From the NCBI RefSeq assembly GCF_003790525.1, contig NZ_CP033635.1: 64,000 bases of DNA, one strand, 5' to 3'. The position numbers were made by a program, and so were the translations under genes. This document shows positions 1 to 12,024 of the stretch, in pieces. A model generated the notes under the pieces. It saw only the letters and a list, made by a program, of their open reading frames with translations, did no database searches and had not been told where the DNA came from. Position 1 is the stretch's first letter. Every line of letters starts with the position of its first letter. This stretch comes from Escherichia coli. Its GTDB lineage: Bacteria; Pseudomonadota; Gammaproteobacteria; Enterobacterales; Enterobacteriaceae.

Positions 1-51
1 CCTGAAGAAGTGGTGCTGGACGCAGAAGACGCGGATATAACAGACAAATAA
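1..51 (+). CDS. uraA: 3' end of uracil permease gene (partial, C-terminal 16 codons plus stop)
   Basis: In-frame read [16 protein letters not shown] then TAA at 49-51; position immediately upstream of hda matches the upp-uraA-hda order. The C-terminal sequence itself is not recalled with certainty. Confidence 0.55.
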   Translation, partial: PEEVVLDAEDADITDK

Positions 52-145
52 TGTACCGACCGGGCAGTGTTGCTGCCCGGTTCAAACATCATGGGATTCT
101 GTGGTAAACTTCTCGCGATTTTGTGAAATCCTGGTTGAGGTATCT

Positions 146-847
146 CTGAACACACCGGCACAGCTCTCTTTGCCACTTTATCTTCCTGACGACGAAACCT
201 TTGCAAGTTTCTGGCCGGGGGATAACTCCTCTTTACTGGCCGCGCTGCAAAACGTGCTGCGTCAGGAACATAGCGGTTACATCTATCTCTGGGCACGCGA
301 AGGCGCGGGGCGCAGCCATCTGCTGCACGCGGCTTGCGCGGAATTGTCACAGCGTGGCGATGCGGTGGGTTATGTCCCGCTGGATAAACGCACCTGGTTT
401 GTTCCGGAAGTGCTCGACGGTATGGAGCATTTGTCGCTGGTCTGTATCGACAACATTGAGTGTATTGCAGGCGATGAGTTGTGGGAGATGGCGATTTTCG
501 ATCTCTACAATCGAATTCTGGAATCGGGTAAAACACGGTTGTTGATCACCGGCGATCGTCCACCGCGGCAGTTGAATCTGGGATTACCGGATCTCGCGTC
601 GCGTCTCGACTGGGGGCAGATCTACAAATTGCAGCCACTTTCTGATGAAGATAAGTTGCAGGCGCTACAGTTACGCGCTCGTTTGCGTGGTTTTGAACTG
701 CCGGAAGATGTGGGGCGTTTCTTGCTGAAGCGGCTCGACAGAGAAATGCGCACGTTATTTATGACGCTGGATCAGTTGGATCGTGCGTCGATTACCGCGC
801 AACGTAAGCTGACCATTCCGTTTGTGAAAGAAATTCTGAAGTTGTAG
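146..847 (+). CDS. hda: DnaA regulatory inactivator Hda (AAA+; N-terminal clamp-binding motif QLSLPL)
   Basis: Track ORF 101-847 (248 aa) matches Hda. The mature protein is recalled to begin at a CUG so that the clamp-binding motif is N-terminal; the CTG at 146 gives 233 aa ([16 protein letters not shown]...). Confidence 0.85.
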
Positions 848-886
848 ACAAGACGTTTATTGTCGGAAATGCACCCATAGTATTCG

Positions 887-923
887 TCGGCCGGATAAGA
901 CGCGGCAAGCGTCGCATCCGGCA
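887..923. repeat. REP (repetitive extragenic palindromic) element between convergent hda and yfgD
   Basis: tcggccggataagacgcggcaagcgtcgcatccggca has the typical GCCGGATAAG...CGCATCCGGC REP signature. Confidence 0.7.
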
Positions 924-952
924 ATGTGCTTCAACTAGCGATGGAGCACTTC

Positions 953-1312
953 TTAACCCACGATTTCCAGTACCTGCTCCGGTGGACGACCAATCCGCGC
1001 TTTGCCATTCGCGACCACAATCGGGCGCTCCATTAGCTTTGGATTATCCACCATTGCCTGAATCAGCGCCCCTTCGCTAAGCGAACTGTCAGCCAGGTTC
1101 AGTTCTTTATAAAGATCCTCTTTCTGGCGCATCAATTCACGAGCGCTATTCATTCCCAGCATTTTCAGCAAATCACGCAGCGTTGCCGCATCGGCGGGTG
1201 TCTGAAGGTAGAGCACCACTTCTGGCTCCACGCCGTTTTCTTTCAGCAGGTTCAGCGTTTCCCGGCTCTTTGAACAGCGTGGGTTATGGTAGATTTTTAC
1301 CTGTTTGGTCAT
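953..1312 (-). CDS. yfgD: ArsC-family putative arsenate reductase
   Basis: 119-aa ORF matching YfgD length; sits 20 bp downstream of bepA on the same strand. Confidence 0.85.
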   Translation of the reverse strand: MTKQVKIYHNPRCSKSRETLNLLKENGVEPEVVLYLQTPADAATLRDLLKMLGMNSARELMRQKEDLYKELNLADSSLSEGALIQAMVDNPKLMERPIVVANGKARIGRPPEQVLEIVG

Positions 1313-1332
1313 TGTTCTTCCTTTAATGCGAA

Positions 1333-2796
1333 TTACATCTTGGTATAAGGCTTAAAGCGTTCCTGCAGCTGGCGCAACTGGTCGATGCGCGCATCGTAAC
1401 GCGCTTGTTGCAGGCTGCCTAATTTCACCTGCGAACTGGCGCTACTCAACAAGGAAATGGCCTGATCGAGTCGCCCGGCGAGCGCATAACCTTCTGCTCG
1501 CGCAGCCAGTTCCTGATCGCGGTTATTTAGCGCGGCTTCCGCCTGTGCCAGTAAATCCCAGCCGTTGCTGTCATCTTTATTATTAAAAGTGTAGCGATTC
1601 AGAATATTGGCCGCTTCTTGTGGTTGACCGCCTTGCAGATAAGCGTTCGCCAGGTTGAGCTGCAACACCGGATTGGTGCGCAAATCACGGGCATTTTTCA
1701 GGCGATTGATTGCCTCATTGGCTTTGTTTTGCCCAAGATCGATATCGGTAGCCAGATCGAGATACCATGCGTTACCAGGTTCTGCCGCCAGTAACGGTTG
1801 CAGCGTTTTACGCGCCTCATCGTATTTATTGGCTTCCATCGCCTGTAGAGCACGACCATATTGCGCCGCTCGTTGCTGACGAACGTTTCCTTTCGCCCAT
1901 TCATCCAGCAAATCACTGGTGAGCTGGTTACGTCCGGAATTATACATCCCCAGTGTGCGCACTTTTGCCAGATAGAAATCTTCTGACGATTGCACCACCA
2001 TCGGGCGCATCTGATTGGCACGGTTACGGGCATCAGCCAGACGGCTTTCCGGTAGTGGGTGAGTGAGCAGAATTTCTGGTGGGCGCGAGGAGTAACGCGC
2101 CTGATCGAGTAATTTTTCGAGGAAGGTCGGCATCGCCTGCGGATCGAATCCCGAGCGTTGCAGCACCTGAATACCAATGCGGTCCGCTTCCTGTTCATTT
2201 TGCTGGGTGAAACTGATCATCCCCTGGCGCGTTCCCGCCAGTGTACCGGTCAGCGCCGCCATCCCCGCCTGCGGACTGGCCATCGCCAGTAAAATAGAAC
2301 CTAACGCGCCGACCCAGGTCAGCGGCGCGCTGCGCTGCTGATCTTCCATCGCTCGCGCCAGGTGACGTTGGGTGACGTGGGAGATTTCGTGCGCCATAAC
2401 TGAAGCCAGTTGACTTTCGTTATCGGAATAACGGAACAGGGCAGAGTGCAGCACCACGTTGCCGCCAAAGAAAGCAAAGGCGTTAATTTCGTCGTTGTTG
2501 ATCAGAAAGAAATGAAACGGTGTCTTAACCGAATTGGCATGCGAAACCAGACGCATCCCCAGCGAATTAATATATTGCGTTAACAGCGGGTCATTAATTA
2601 ACGGCGCGCTGCCGCGTAGCTGGCGGACATAATAGTCGCCCATCTGCATTTCCTGGCCAATGGAAAGCGTGCTTCCTGCGGAGGTTCCCATATCCGGCAA
2701 GGTGTCTGCGCTGTCGGCAAACGCCGGGGCTACCTGACCAATGGTCATAGCAGCAATGAGGGTTGCAACCAGGTTTTTTTTCAACTGCCTGAACAT
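1333..2796 (-). CDS. bepA: Periplasmic M48 zinc metalloprotease/chaperone with TPR repeats (beta-barrel assembly-enhancing protease)
   Basis: 487-aa ORF with signal peptide, HEISH zinc motif ([12 protein letters not shown]) and a C-terminal TPR-like region; synteny with yfgD. Confidence 0.9.
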   Translation of the reverse strand: MFRQLKKNLVATLIAAMTIGQVAPAFADSADTLPDMGTSAGSTLSIGQEMQMGDYYVRQLRGSAPLINDPLLTQYINSLGMRLVSHANSVKTPFHFFLINNDEINAFAFFGGNVVLHSALFRYSDNESQLASVMAHEISHVTQRHLARAMEDQQRSAPLTWVGALGSILLAMASPQAGMAALTGTLAGTRQGMISFTQQNEQEADRIGIQVLQRSGFDPQAMPTFLEKLLDQARYSSRPPEILLTHPLPESRLADARNRANQMRPMVVQSSEDFYLAKVRTLGMYNSGRNQLTSDLLDEWAKGNVRQQRAAQYGRALQAMEANKYDEARKTLQPLLAAEPGNAWYLDLATDIDLGQNKANEAINRLKNARDLRTNPVLQLNLANAYLQGGQPQEAANILNRYTFNNKDDSNGWDLLAQAEAALNNRDQELAARAEGYALAGRLDQAISLLSSASSQVKLGSLQQARYDARIDQLRQLQERFKPYTKM

Positions 2797-2827
2797 AACC
2801 TCTATCCTGTATTTCTGAAGATAGTCA

Positions 2828-2855
2828 TTTGACCGATACTGTGAAATATCGTTCC
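2828..2855 (-). promoter_or_regulatory. Candidate sigmaE-type promoter for bepA (-35 GGAACGA, 16-nt spacer, -10 TCAAA on minus strand)
   Basis: Minus strand reads GGAACGA-N16-TCAAA about 30 nt upstream of the bepA start; bepA/yfgC is recalled as a sigmaE regulon member. Confidence 0.4.
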
Positions 2856-3008
2856 CACCGCGCCGCCTTTGAGTGTAACGGCGAAGATTAGCCCACTCAA
2901 ATGACTTTTCAGTTTCCTGAATCCGTCATAAAAAGCGAAGTCTTTTTTGTGACATTTCGATACAATTGCGGATCGCAATCCCGCTCTTGAGGTTCAGGGA
3001 AGGTCTTT

Positions 3009-4070
3009 ATGCTCGAAATGTTGATGCAATGGTATCGCCGCCGTTTTAGCGACCCGGAAGCGATTGCCTTGCTGGTTATTTTAGTTGCCGGATTTGGCAT
3101 TATCTTTTTCTTTAGTGGCCTGCTTGCTCCGTTGCTGGTGGCTATTGTGCTGGCCTATTTGCTGGAATGGCCAACCGTGCGCCTGCAATCTATTGGCTGC
3201 TCCCGCCGCTGGGCGACGTCGATTGTATTGGTGGTTTTCGTCGGTATATTGCTACTGATGGCGTTCGTGGTGCTGCCTATCGCCTGGCAACAGGGCATCT
3301 ACTTAATCCGCGATATGCCGGGGATGCTCAATAAGCTTTCTGACTTTGCCGCCACGTTGCCGCGCCGCTATCCGGCGTTAATGGACGCGGGCATTATTGA
3401 TGCAATGGCCGAAAATATGCGCAGTCGGATGCTGACCATGGGCGATTCGGTGGTGAAAATTTCCCTCGCCTCGCTGGTCGGTTTGCTGACCATAGCCGTC
3501 TATCTGGTGCTGGTGCCATTGATGGTCTTCTTCCTGCTGAAAGACAAAGAGCAGATGCTGAACGCCGTTCGTCGGGTGCTGCCGCGTAACCGTGGGCTGG
3601 CAGGACAGGTGTGGAAGGAGATGAATCAACAAATCACCAACTATATCCGCGGCAAAGTGCTGGAGATGATCGTGGTGGGGATCGCCACCTGGCTGGGGTT
3701 CTTACTCTTCGGGCTGAACTATTCGCTGCTGCTGGCGGTGCTGGTCGGCTTCTCGGTACTTATTCCGTACATTGGTGCATTTGTGGTGACCATTCCGGTG
3801 GTTGGCGTGGCGCTATTCCAGTTTGGTGCTGGCACGGAATTCTGGAGCTGCTTCGCGGTGTATCTGATTATTCAGGCGCTGGACGGCAACCTGTTAGTAC
3901 CTGTGTTGTTCTCCGAAGCGGTTAACCTGCATCCGCTGGTCATTATTTTATCAGTAGTGATCTTCGGTGGTTTGTGGGGATTCTGGGGCGTATTCTTCGC
4001 CATTCCATTGGCGACGCTGATCAAAGCCGTGATTCACGCCTGGCCCGATGGGCAAATCGCGCAAGAATAA
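3009..4070 (+). CDS. perM: AI-2E family inner-membrane permease
   Basis: 353-aa highly hydrophobic ORF matching YfgO/PerM; divergent from bepA. Confidence 0.85.
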   Translation: MLEMLMQWYRRRFSDPEAIALLVILVAGFGIIFFFSGLLAPLLVAIVLAYLLEWPTVRLQSIGCSRRWATSIVLVVFVGILLLMAFVVLPIAWQQGIYLIRDMPGMLNKLSDFAATLPRRYPALMDAGIIDAMAENMRSRMLTMGDSVVKISLASLVGLLTIAVYLVLVPLMVFFLLKDKEQMLNAVRRVLPRNRGLAGQVWKEMNQQITNYIRGKVLEMIVVGIATWLGFLLFGLNYSLLLAVLVGFSVLIPYIGAFVVTIPVVGVALFQFGAGTEFWSCFAVYLIIQALDGNLLVPVLFSEAVNLHPLVIILSVVIFGGLWGFWGVFFAIPLATLIKAVIHAWPDGQIAQE

Positions 4071-4074
4071 TCTT

Positions 4075-4109
4075 CAGCCCGACGAACTGTTTCGCCGGGC
4101 TGATTTTTA
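4075..4109. terminator. Hairpin between convergent perM and focB, likely bidirectional terminator
   Basis: cagcccg...cgggctg 7-bp stem followed by ATTTTTA on the plus strand; overlaps the focB stop codon. Confidence 0.5.
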
Positions 4110-4955
4110 GGGTTCCTGACGTAAATAAATAGCCCGATAACAAATACTCACCAGCACTGCACCGCCGATAATATTACCCAGCATCACCGGGAGCAGATTG
4201 GCGGTAATAAAATGGCTGACCGTCAGTGCCGGAAAATGGTCTGCGCTACTGTGCGCCAGTTGCCAGAAGGAGGTAGGGGCGAAATGGCGAATGGCAATGG
4301 CGAACGGAATCACAAACAAATTGGCGATACAGTGCTCAAAACCACTGGCGACAAACAGGGTGATGGGCAAAATCATGGCGACGATTTTGTCGCATAACGA
4401 ACGTCCGCAATAACTCATCCACAGCGCCAGGCAAACCATCACATTGCACATAATGCCGAGGCTGACTGATTCAGTAAATGTATGATGCATTTTGCCCTCG
4501 GCGCAGTGTAAAACCGCGACTCCCCACATCGCGTTTTCACTCATCACCAGCCCGGAAAACCAAATTAACAAACTGAAACAGGCAATACCTGCCAGATTAC
4601 CGCAGGCCACCAGAAGTGCATTAATCAGCCATGTTCGCCAGCTAATAACGCCCCGACTTTTTGCCATCACCGTCATTACCGACGAGGTGAACAGGCTGGT
4701 GCCGCAAACCGCCAGCAAAATAAAGCCGAGCGTAAAGCAAAGGCCTCCCACCAGATGGGTTAATGCCTGTGAAGACGGGGCATCGGCGATAACGGTAAGG
4801 TAAAAAGTAAATCCGATCGCCATAAACACGCCTGCGGACATCGCCATTAAAAAGACCGACACTTTGCTGCGGGCAATTTTATGGGCGGCAATCCGTTCAG
4901 CGATTGCCGCTTTTCTGGCGCTCAACTGCAAGTCGAAAGAGAGTTTGTTTCTCAT
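4107..4955 (-). CDS. focB: Formate channel (FNT family), last gene of the hyf operon
   Basis: 282-aa membrane ORF, 21 bp downstream of hyfR on the same strand. Confidence 0.9.
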   Translation of the reverse strand: MRNKLSFDLQLSARKAAIAERIAAHKIARSKVSVFLMAMSAGVFMAIGFTFYLTVIADAPSSQALTHLVGGLCFTLGFILLAVCGTSLFTSSVMTVMAKSRGVISWRTWLINALLVACGNLAGIACFSLLIWFSGLVMSENAMWGVAVLHCAEGKMHHTFTESVSLGIMCNVMVCLALWMSYCGRSLCDKIVAMILPITLFVASGFEHCIANLFVIPFAIAIRHFAPTSFWQLAHSSADHFPALTVSHFITANLLPVMLGNIIGGAVLVSICYRAIYLRQEP

Positions 4956-4976
4956 GAATACTCCTGCAAAAGCAGA

Positions 4977-6989
4977 TTACAACACCTCGCGAACCGAGAT
5001 CCCCAGACGCTGCATTCGTGACAGCAGCGTGGTGCGCTTCATCCCTAATCGTGTCGCCGCGCCACGGGGCCCGGCAACAATGCCATTGGTTTCTCGCAAT
5101 ACCTGAACAATGCGCTGACGTTCTTCTTCGTCATTCTCTGGCGTCGTCGGGTGCAGCAACTGCGCCATTGAACTGCGAAGCGCTGAATCTTCATTTAGCG
5201 TCGGCAGTAAACGGCTTTGTCGGACATTAAGATGTAAATTCAGACTGTTACCGCGAGTCAGTAGTACCGCTCGCTCAATCACGTTTTCCAGCTCGCGCAC
5301 GTTGCCCGGCCAGTCCCACGACATCAACTGGCGTAGCGCCTCGGTCGGGATGGCGTCAATTGCGCGATTCATATGGCGCGCCATTTTTTGCGTGAAATGC
5401 TTTGCTAAAAGAGGGATATCTTCCGGACGGTCGCGCAGTGGCGGCAGTTCCAGTGGGAAGACATTCAGGCGATAAAAGAGATCGCTGCGAAACTGGCGAT
5501 CTTCAACCATTTGCCACAAATCACGGTTGGTGGCGGCAATGACTCTGACATTTACCGGGATCGTTCTACTCCCGCCGAGACGCTCAATCTCCCGTTCCTG
5601 CAATACGCGCAGCAGTTTAGGCTGAAGTTCTAACGGCAGATCGCCAATTTCATCGAGAAACAACGTGCCGCCATCGGCAATTTCAAAACGACCACGATGG
5701 GTATTAATCGCACCAGTAAATGCCCCTTTGTCATGACCGAATAACTCACTTTCCAGAAGACTGGCGGGGATGGCAGCGCAGTTGATTTTGACCAGTGGCT
5801 TGTCGCGTCGTGGGCTAAGTTGATGGATCGCTCTGGCGATCACCTCTTTGCCGGTTCCGGTTTCACCACAAATCAACACCGTACTGTCGCTCTTCGCCAC
5901 AATATCTACCTGCTGGAGCAGGTCTTCCATTGCCTGGCTTTGATAGATAATGTCACCGACGCCCAGATTCGAAAGGAGCTGCTCGCTAAGCTGGTGGTTT
6001 TCTTGCTGCAAGCTTTCCTGCAAATCGGTCATGCTGCGCCAGGCATCGGCATTGCCAACGGCAATAGCGATGCGATCGGCAATATGTTGTAGTAGCTGGC
6101 AGTTTTCCTCACTAAAGAGAGTGGAAGAGGTATGCGCCAGCAACAATGCACCCGGTGTATGGTTGCCAAAGGTGAGCGGTATAAGGAGCGCAGATTCGCA
6201 GCCGTTAGATGCAAGTAAGTGTAATAACGGGTCGCGTTGCCAGAGAAACAGATCGTCTGCACGGTGCGTCAAGGTCGGTTGTCGGGTTTGTAGCGTTTGT
6301 GTCAGCAATACACTGTCGCCAGCCATATTGCGTGGCAGACACGCACAATGTGAGGCAGAAAGATCGCTGCACCACAGGCTGAACTTCTCGTTCTTTCGAT
6401 GATCGCCCAGTACCATACTGACTGAAGCCAGACCGAAAAAATGATGGATCTCACGAGCGACGTCAGCGATCAGATTGTCGAGATCAAGATGTGACAACAC
6501 TGCATTAGTGATATCCACCAGTACCCGATGATGATCGCGATCTTTCTCCAGCAAACGCAGCGCCACCTGCTGTTCTTCATCATTGAGCCATGATTGCAGA
6601 ACCGGAGTGATTATGTGTGCCAGCCAGTTAAACAGTGTGCAATCCTGGGGAGTAAAACGACTGCCGTGGGTGCGAATAAAGCGTAGCTCCGCCATTCCAC
6701 TACTGCCGAGAAGGACGGCGTGGCGCGAATAATCGACCATCTCACCCTGATACTTTGTTGTTGCCGTCACATCGCTGCCATCATCATGGTAGCGGTAATA
6801 GAAGTTGCTTTTGAGAACATGCAGTTCAATAAGTTGTACCGGGCTGAACGGCGGCGGCAGCGGGATGAAGGCGCGTAATAAAGACGCCTTGCCGTGTTTC
6901 TGCGCTAACCGCTCCGCGAGCATTCCGTTTACCGCTTCAATTGTTATTCCTTGCGGCGGGGCAAACATCGCCTCGTCTGACATAGCCAT
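4977..6989 (-). CDS. hyfR: Sigma54-dependent transcriptional activator of the hyf operon (FhlA-like enhancer-binding protein)
   Basis: AAA+ sigma54-interaction domain (GETGTGKE Walker A; GAFTGA motif as ...[10 protein letters not shown]...) and C-terminal HTH; track ORF begins with TTG at 6992, the ATG at 6989 matches MAMSDE. Confidence 0.9.
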   Translation of the reverse strand: MAMSDEAMFAPPQGITIEAVNGMLAERLAQKHGKASLLRAFIPLPPPFSPVQLIELHVLKSNFYYRYHDDGSDVTATTKYQGEMVDYSRHAVLLGSSGMAELRFIRTHGSRFTPQDCTLFNWLAHIITPVLQSWLNDEEQQVALRLLEKDRDHHRVLVDITNAVLSHLDLDNLIADVAREIHHFFGLASVSMVLGDHRKNEKFSLWCSDLSASHCACLPRNMAGDSVLLTQTLQTRQPTLTHRADDLFLWQRDPLLHLLASNGCESALLIPLTFGNHTPGALLLAHTSSTLFSEENCQLLQHIADRIAIAVGNADAWRSMTDLQESLQQENHQLSEQLLSNLGVGDIIYQSQAMEDLLQQVDIVAKSDSTVLICGETGTGKEVIARAIHQLSPRRDKPLVKINCAAIPASLLESELFGHDKGAFTGAINTHRGRFEIADGGTLFLDEIGDLPLELQPKLLRVLQEREIERLGGSRTIPVNVRVIAATNRDLWQMVEDRQFRSDLFYRLNVFPLELPPLRDRPEDIPLLAKHFTQKMARHMNRAIDAIPTEALRQLMSWDWPGNVRELENVIERAVLLTRGNSLNLHLNVRQSRLLPTLNEDSALRSSMAQLLHPTTPENDEEERQRIVQVLRETNGIVAGPRGAATRLGMKRTTLLSRMQRLGISVREVL

Positions 6990-7018
6990 CAACAGTCCTT
7001 ATTAATGAGAAATCCTTC

Positions 7019-7432
7019 TCACGCAATTTTTCTGGCCATCAGATAGATGGCCGGTTCCTGCACAATTTCATCCAACAGATGAATGAATTGAATGCTACGC
7101 GCCTGCCACGCCGACGTCGCGTCATCTGCCAGTGGCGCGAATGCCCGGGTCAACAGGGCGGTGTGGCTGGCGTCAATAACAATCTCACCAAAAGTCATCA
7201 CCCCCAGCATCTTACGTCGGGCTTGCTCCTCTTCGACCAGTGCAAGCCAATCTTCGTATTCCGTCAGTGGGCAGCGGAAGGCGACATTCAGACAATCAAT
7301 CACGCCAACGTGATGGCCGATAGCTAGCGAGTAATACATTACCTGAGAGCTGTGTTCCGGCATCTCGTCGCTACTGGCGACAAACTTTTTTCGCAGCGTC
7401 CAGAAAACAATTTCCCCGCACTCTTCAGTCAT
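7019..7432 (-). CDS. hyfJ: Hydrogenase-4 maturation/assembly protein (HycH homolog)
   Basis: Track ORF 7019-7495 (158 aa); the internal ATG at 7432 gives the 137-aa protein [11 protein letters not shown]... immediately after the hyfI stop. Confidence 0.85.
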   Translation of the reverse strand: MTEECGEIVFWTLRKKFVASSDEMPEHSSQVMYYSLAIGHHVGVIDCLNVAFRCPLTEYEDWLALVEEEQARRKMLGVMTFGEIVIDASHTALLTRAFAPLADDATSAWQARSIQFIHLLDEIVQEPAIYLMARKIA

Positions 7433-8183
7433 GTAACCCCCGGAGTACGCGAAAGAGTTGCTGAACGATACTATTGAGACGTGGATCGTCGGCATCGCGC
7501 AACCAGGTGTTAACCCGATTTCCTGTAGGATCGTCGCTTAAATGGCGCAGGAGTCGATCGCAAATTTCTCGCCCTTGACGATAGCCCGCCAGCCGCCTCG
7601 CTTCTCGCTCAATGGCGATACGCTGTGATGGCGGGATCTGCGGCCACAGCGGTTGCATGGTCACCCCGGTGGGATCGCGATAATCCACCGCGTGAATCTT
7701 CTGTTGCAGCAAACCGAGCGCCACGGCGAAACCGTGAATGGTGGCGGCCGGTGTTGGCGGGCAGCCGGGGATCCAAACATCAATGGGGACAATGGTGTCG
7801 CTGCCGCCCCAGACGCTGTAAAGATCGTGGAAAATACCGCCGCCGACACCGCACGCGCCGTAGGAAACACAAATTTTATGATCGGGGGCAGACTCATATG
7901 CCCGAAGTGCAGGCATACGCATCGCACGGGTGACTGCGCCAGTAAATAACAAAATATCGGCGTGACGCGGTGATGAAACAACCTTAATGCCAAAACGTTC
8001 TGCGTCGAATACGGGTGTGATGGCGGCAAAAATTTCGATTTCGCAGGCGTTACAGCCGCCGCAATCGACGCGATAAACGTAAGCCGAGCGACGGATATCC
8101 TGTAGCAAATGCTGCTTCATCTTTTGCGTTTGCTCGTCCAGCGTAATGGGCTGGCTGACATGTTGCGTAAGCACTGGACTCAT
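7425..8183 (-). CDS. hyfI: Hydrogenase-4 small subunit (NuoB-like, [4Fe-4S])
   Basis: 252-aa ORF with NuoB-type cysteine motifs ([10 protein letters not shown], ...GCPP); overlaps hyfH and hyfJ. Confidence 0.9.
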   Translation of the reverse strand: MSPVLTQHVSQPITLDEQTQKMKQHLLQDIRRSAYVYRVDCGGCNACEIEIFAAITPVFDAERFGIKVVSSPRHADILLFTGAVTRAMRMPALRAYESAPDHKICVSYGACGVGGGIFHDLYSVWGGSDTIVPIDVWIPGCPPTPAATIHGFAVALGLLQQKIHAVDYRDPTGVTMQPLWPQIPPSQRIAIEREARRLAGYRQGREICDRLLRHLSDDPTGNRVNTWLRDADDPRLNSIVQQLFRVLRGLHD

Positions 8184-8725
8184 AGCTGCTCCTTAGCCAC
8201 CAGCGGTTCATTTGTGTCGTCGTTGATCAGCGTCGCGCGTTGTTTGCATTCCGGGCAGACGCTCGCTTGCGCCCGTAACATTTCGCGGTTTTGTGGTGCA
8301 TTTTGTTGCTGTGCCAACAGTTCTGCAGCCAGTGCGACGGTTTTTTGCGGGGCAAACGGGCGTTCGCAACGGCTGCAACGTTGTAGATGGAACGTCGCGC
8401 GGGTATAGAGATCGGCTTTATTGGTGACGGTCAGTTCAAAGTTATTGGTAAGCTGAATGGCTCTGGTCGGGCACACTTCTTCACAACGTCCGCAGTAAAT
8501 ACAACGCCCCAGATAGAGCTGCCAGGTGCGCGTATTTTGCTGGTCGTCGGTCTGGATAGTCAGCGCATTTGCCGGACAAGCACAGGCGCAGGCACCGCAG
8601 GCAATACATTGGCTGGGCATCAGGTCCGGTTTCCCGCGAAAGCCTGGGCTGACCTCCAGTGGCGCGAAGGGATACTTCACCGTCGCGGTTCCGGCGCGCA
8701 TAATAGTTTTCAGTAACTTCAGCAT
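8180..8725 (-). CDS. hyfH: Hydrogenase-4 ferredoxin-like subunit (2x[4Fe-4S])
   Basis: 181-aa ORF with two CxxCxxCxxxCP motifs. Confidence 0.9.
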   Translation of the reverse strand: MLKLLKTIMRAGTATVKYPFAPLEVSPGFRGKPDLMPSQCIACGACACACPANALTIQTDDQQNTRTWQLYLGRCIYCGRCEEVCPTRAIQLTNNFELTVTNKADLYTRATFHLQRCSRCERPFAPQKTVALAAELLAQQQNAPQNREMLRAQASVCPECKQRATLINDDTNEPLVAKEQL

Positions 8726-8734
8726 TTTCTGTCC

Positions 8735-10450
8735 TTACTTCAGCGGCGAACGGTTACGATCAATGCCGTAGCGTTCGATCTCTTTATACGGCACGGTTTT
8801 TGACTGGCGCTTGCGCACATCAACCAGCGTCACACGGTCGGTACAGGAGTAACAGGGATCAAGGCTACCGATAATCAGCGGTGCGTCAGAAACGGTATTG
8901 CCGCGCAGCATGTAACGCAGCACTGGCCAGTTGGCGTAGGTGGCGGCACGACAGCGCCAGCGGAACAATTTTTGGTTATCACCGAGCATGCTCCAGTGCA
9001 CGTCTTCACCGCGTGGCGCTTCAACAAAGCCCAGCGCGAATGCGTGAGGTTTATAGCTAAAGCCTTCGGTCAGCAGTGGGGTATCCGGCATGTTGTCGAG
9101 GGCAAATTCCAGCATTGCCAGCGAATCAAACGTCTCTTTGACACGGACCATCACGCGGGAGAAGACATCGCCGCCGGTAAAGGTAAACAGCGTTTTGGGA
9201 ATATTACCGTAGTCGGCGTAGGGGTGATCAAAGCGCAAATCACGGGCAAAACCACTGCCGCGGATCAGCGGCCCGACAGGGCTATAATCACGGGCGATTT
9301 GTCGGTCGAGAATGCCAATGCCCTGAGTGCGTTGTTCCATATTCGGCGTGGCAAGCAGCATCTCTACCAGCTCCGACACGTCGGCGCGCATCTCGCGCAC
9401 CAGTTTCAGCGTTTGCAGACGTTGCTCTTTGAGAATATCGCGGCGAACACCACCAATCAGATTCAGACCGTAGGTTTTACGCGACCCGGTCAGCAATTCC
9501 GCCATCGTCATCGACTTTTCCCGCACGCGGAAAAATTGCATAAAGCCGGTATCAAAACCAACAAAATGGCAGGAGAGGCCAAGGTTGAGCAAATGACTAT
9601 GCAGCCGTTCGACTTCCAGCAGAATCGAGCGAATAGTATGCGCTCGTTGCGGCACCTCAATCCCCAGTGCATTTTCAACCGAGTTGGTATAGGCCACACT
9701 GTGGGCAAAACCGCAAATCCCACACACGCGGTCGGATAAGAAGGTCACTTCGTTGTAGCCCATCCGCGTTTCTGCCAGTTTCTCCATGCCGCGATGGACA
9801 TAAAACAGGCGGTAATCAGCATCGACAATTTGCTCGCCATCCACAAACAAGCGGAAGTGACCTGGTTCATCGGAGGTGATATGCAGCGGGCCGACAGGGA
9901 TCACCCGCGCATCGCTGTTGCCCTCGTTGATAAACGGATACGTTTCGGTATCAGTCGTCGGTTCTGGGCGCAGTCGATAATCCATCGCGTCTTTGCGCAG
10001 CGGATGCATATCTTCCGGCCAGTCATCGGGCAACACCAGCCGACGCTGATCCGGCAGGCCAACCGGAATCAGCCCGTACATATCGCGAATTTCTCGCTCG
10101 CCCCAGACCGCGGCAGGGACGCGCGGTGTGACTGACGGAAACTCCCGACTGTCGGCATCGACCAGTGCCTTCACCACGATCCAGCATTTTTCGGCCCCTT
10201 CCATAGAAAGGGCATAATAAACCGCGTAATGACCGTTAAGTGTCCGCTCGTCGTTGCCAAACAGGACTGGAAGCCAGCCATCATGTTGATAATAAAGATA
10301 ATGCACAACGTCAGGCAGCAGATTGATTTTCACCGTAATGGTGACCTGTTCAGGCGTTTGTCGCTCTTCATCCAGCACCGCGCCGGGGAACTGCGTTTTC
10401 AGGGCGGCGAGAATCGCTTCGCCACGATTTGACGATGAATTAACGTTCAC
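8735..10450 (-). CDS. hyfG: Hydrogenase-4 large catalytic subunit (NiFe, HycE/NuoCD-like)
   Basis: Track ORF 8735-10495; the likely start is the GTG at 10450 ([11 protein letters not shown]) with GGAGA upstream, overlapping the hyfF stop. C-terminal DPCxxC NiFe-binding motif present (DPCYSCTDR). Confidence 0.85.
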   Translation of the reverse strand: MNVNSSSNRGEAILAALKTQFPGAVLDEERQTPEQVTITVKINLLPDVVHYLYYQHDGWLPVLFGNDERTLNGHYAVYYALSMEGAEKCWIVVKALVDADSREFPSVTPRVPAAVWGEREIRDMYGLIPVGLPDQRRLVLPDDWPEDMHPLRKDAMDYRLRPEPTTDTETYPFINEGNSDARVIPVGPLHITSDEPGHFRLFVDGEQIVDADYRLFYVHRGMEKLAETRMGYNEVTFLSDRVCGICGFAHSVAYTNSVENALGIEVPQRAHTIRSILLEVERLHSHLLNLGLSCHFVGFDTGFMQFFRVREKSMTMAELLTGSRKTYGLNLIGGVRRDILKEQRLQTLKLVREMRADVSELVEMLLATPNMEQRTQGIGILDRQIARDYSPVGPLIRGSGFARDLRFDHPYADYGNIPKTLFTFTGGDVFSRVMVRVKETFDSLAMLEFALDNMPDTPLLTEGFSYKPHAFALGFVEAPRGEDVHWSMLGDNQKLFRWRCRAATYANWPVLRYMLRGNTVSDAPLIIGSLDPCYSCTDRVTLVDVRKRQSKTVPYKEIERYGIDRNRSPLK

Positions 10451-12020
10451 TGTGTTTCTCCGAAACAGATGCGGTGCCTGAAGGCAAAAAATCATGCCAG
10501 GTGCTACGTTGTGCAGGCAGGTCGTGCGTCCCTGAGAGGACTATAGTGGAAGCGCCCGCCAGGATCCTGATGACAGGTTGTGGAATATGCGTTCCCATCG
10601 CCAGCATCATGACCAGCAGAATCACCATTGGCGAGGTGGTCAACCAGCCAAGTTCACCCCGGTTAACGGCCTGCGGCGGTTTCGCCATTAACACCCGCGC
10701 AGCCATCCGTACCAGGCCCGCCAGCACCAGCGTTAACAGCAATAACAGCAGGACGATAAGCAGCAGATGATTACGCGCCAGCCCTGCGGTAACGGTCATA
10801 AATTCGCTAAGAAAAATGTTGAAGGGCGGCATCCCGGCCAGCGCCAGCGCACCGCCGCCAAACAGCACGGCGGTAAATGGCATGATTTTGAGCATTCCGC
10901 AGACGACGTTGAGATCGCGCGTGCCGTACTTGAGCAGTACATTGCCGGAACCGCAGAACAGCAGCGTTTTTGCCAGACTGTGGTTTAAGGTGTGCAGCAG
11001 CGCGGCAAAAATTCCCAGCGGCCCGCCAATGCCTAACGCCACCGCGACCAGTCCCATGTTCTCCACGCTGGAGTACGCCAGCAGACGCTTAATGTCCCGC
11101 TGTACCAGAATGAAAAATGCCGCCACGGCAACCGACAACATGCCGAAGATGAGCAACAACCGGTTGGGGAAATCGCTGCCGATGGCCTGGCAAATAATGA
11201 TGTAATAGCGAATCAGCACCAACAGCGCGCAGTTCAGCAATACGGCGGAGAGCAGGGCGCTGACCGGACTCGGCGCTTCACTGTGAGCATCTGGCAGCCA
11301 GGCGTGCATGGGGAATAGCCCGGTTTTAGTGCCAAAGCCAATTAGCACAAACACAAAGGCCAACAGCATTAATGTTGGGTCAAGCAAGGACGATTGCTTA
11401 AGAACCTCGCTCCAGAATATCGCCATTTCTGCCTGCGGCATAACGCTGGCGGCGTTGGCGTATACCAGCACGGTACCGAACAGACCAAAAGCGACACCAA
11501 CAGTACAAATAATGATGTACTTCCATGCAGCTTCCAGCGATGAACGCTGACCGTAAATGCCTACCAGAAACGCCGAGCTTAAGGTGGTGGCTTCGATCGC
11601 CGCCCACATCACAATCAGGTTATTGCTGGTAACAACCAGCAGCATGGTGAACAAAAACAGATGGAAGAAACCGTAGTAATCGCACAGCGTAACGGGTGAA
11701 AGCTCGCCGTGCTCCACTTCATGACGCATGTAGCCAATCGAGTAAACACCGGTGAGAAAGCCAATCACACCAAGAATGGCGAGGAACAAACCGCCCAGAC
11801 CATCAATATGAAGCCACAGTCCCGCAGCGAATATTTCTCCCGCATCAGCGGCTGTTTGGACCACCCAGAGTGCCAGAATCAGCAGCAGTGTGATCCCTAA
11901 GCTATGTAATACTGTCACCGCGCGAGTCGGAGAGTGCCCCCGTTTCCGGCAGGCAAAACAGAGCAGCGAAAAAAGCAGCGGCGTGAGCAGGAGTAAAGCG
12001 AACATCACAGAATAACTCAT
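10440..12020 (-). CDS. hyfF: Hydrogenase-4 membrane subunit (NuoL/M/N antiporter-like)
   Basis: 526-aa polytopic membrane ORF in hyf order. Confidence 0.9.
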   Translation of the reverse strand: MSYSVMFALLLLTPLLFSLLCFACRKRGHSPTRAVTVLHSLGITLLLILALWVVQTAADAGEIFAAGLWLHIDGLGGLFLAILGVIGFLTGVYSIGYMRHEVEHGELSPVTLCDYYGFFHLFLFTMLLVVTSNNLIVMWAAIEATTLSSAFLVGIYGQRSSLEAAWKYIIICTVGVAFGLFGTVLVYANAASVMPQAEMAIFWSEVLKQSSLLDPTLMLLAFVFVLIGFGTKTGLFPMHAWLPDAHSEAPSPVSALLSAVLLNCALLVLIRYYIIICQAIGSDFPNRLLLIFGMLSVAVAAFFILVQRDIKRLLAYSSVENMGLVAVALGIGGPLGIFAALLHTLNHSLAKTLLFCGSGNVLLKYGTRDLNVVCGMLKIMPFTAVLFGGGALALAGMPPFNIFLSEFMTVTAGLARNHLLLIVLLLLLLTLVLAGLVRMAARVLMAKPPQAVNRGELGWLTTSPMVILLVMMLAMGTHIPQPVIRILAGASTIVLSGTHDLPAQRSTWHDFLPSGTASVSEKHSER

Positions 12021-12024
12021 CTCA

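Noticed and set aside
1698-2198. 166-aa minus-strand alternate-frame ORF within bepA
   Set aside because: Out-of-frame overlap with the bepA coding sequence, which carries the HExxH and TPR features.
8972-9739. 255-aa plus-strand ORF inside hyfG
   Set aside because: Antisense to the NiFe hydrogenase large subunit; no motifs.
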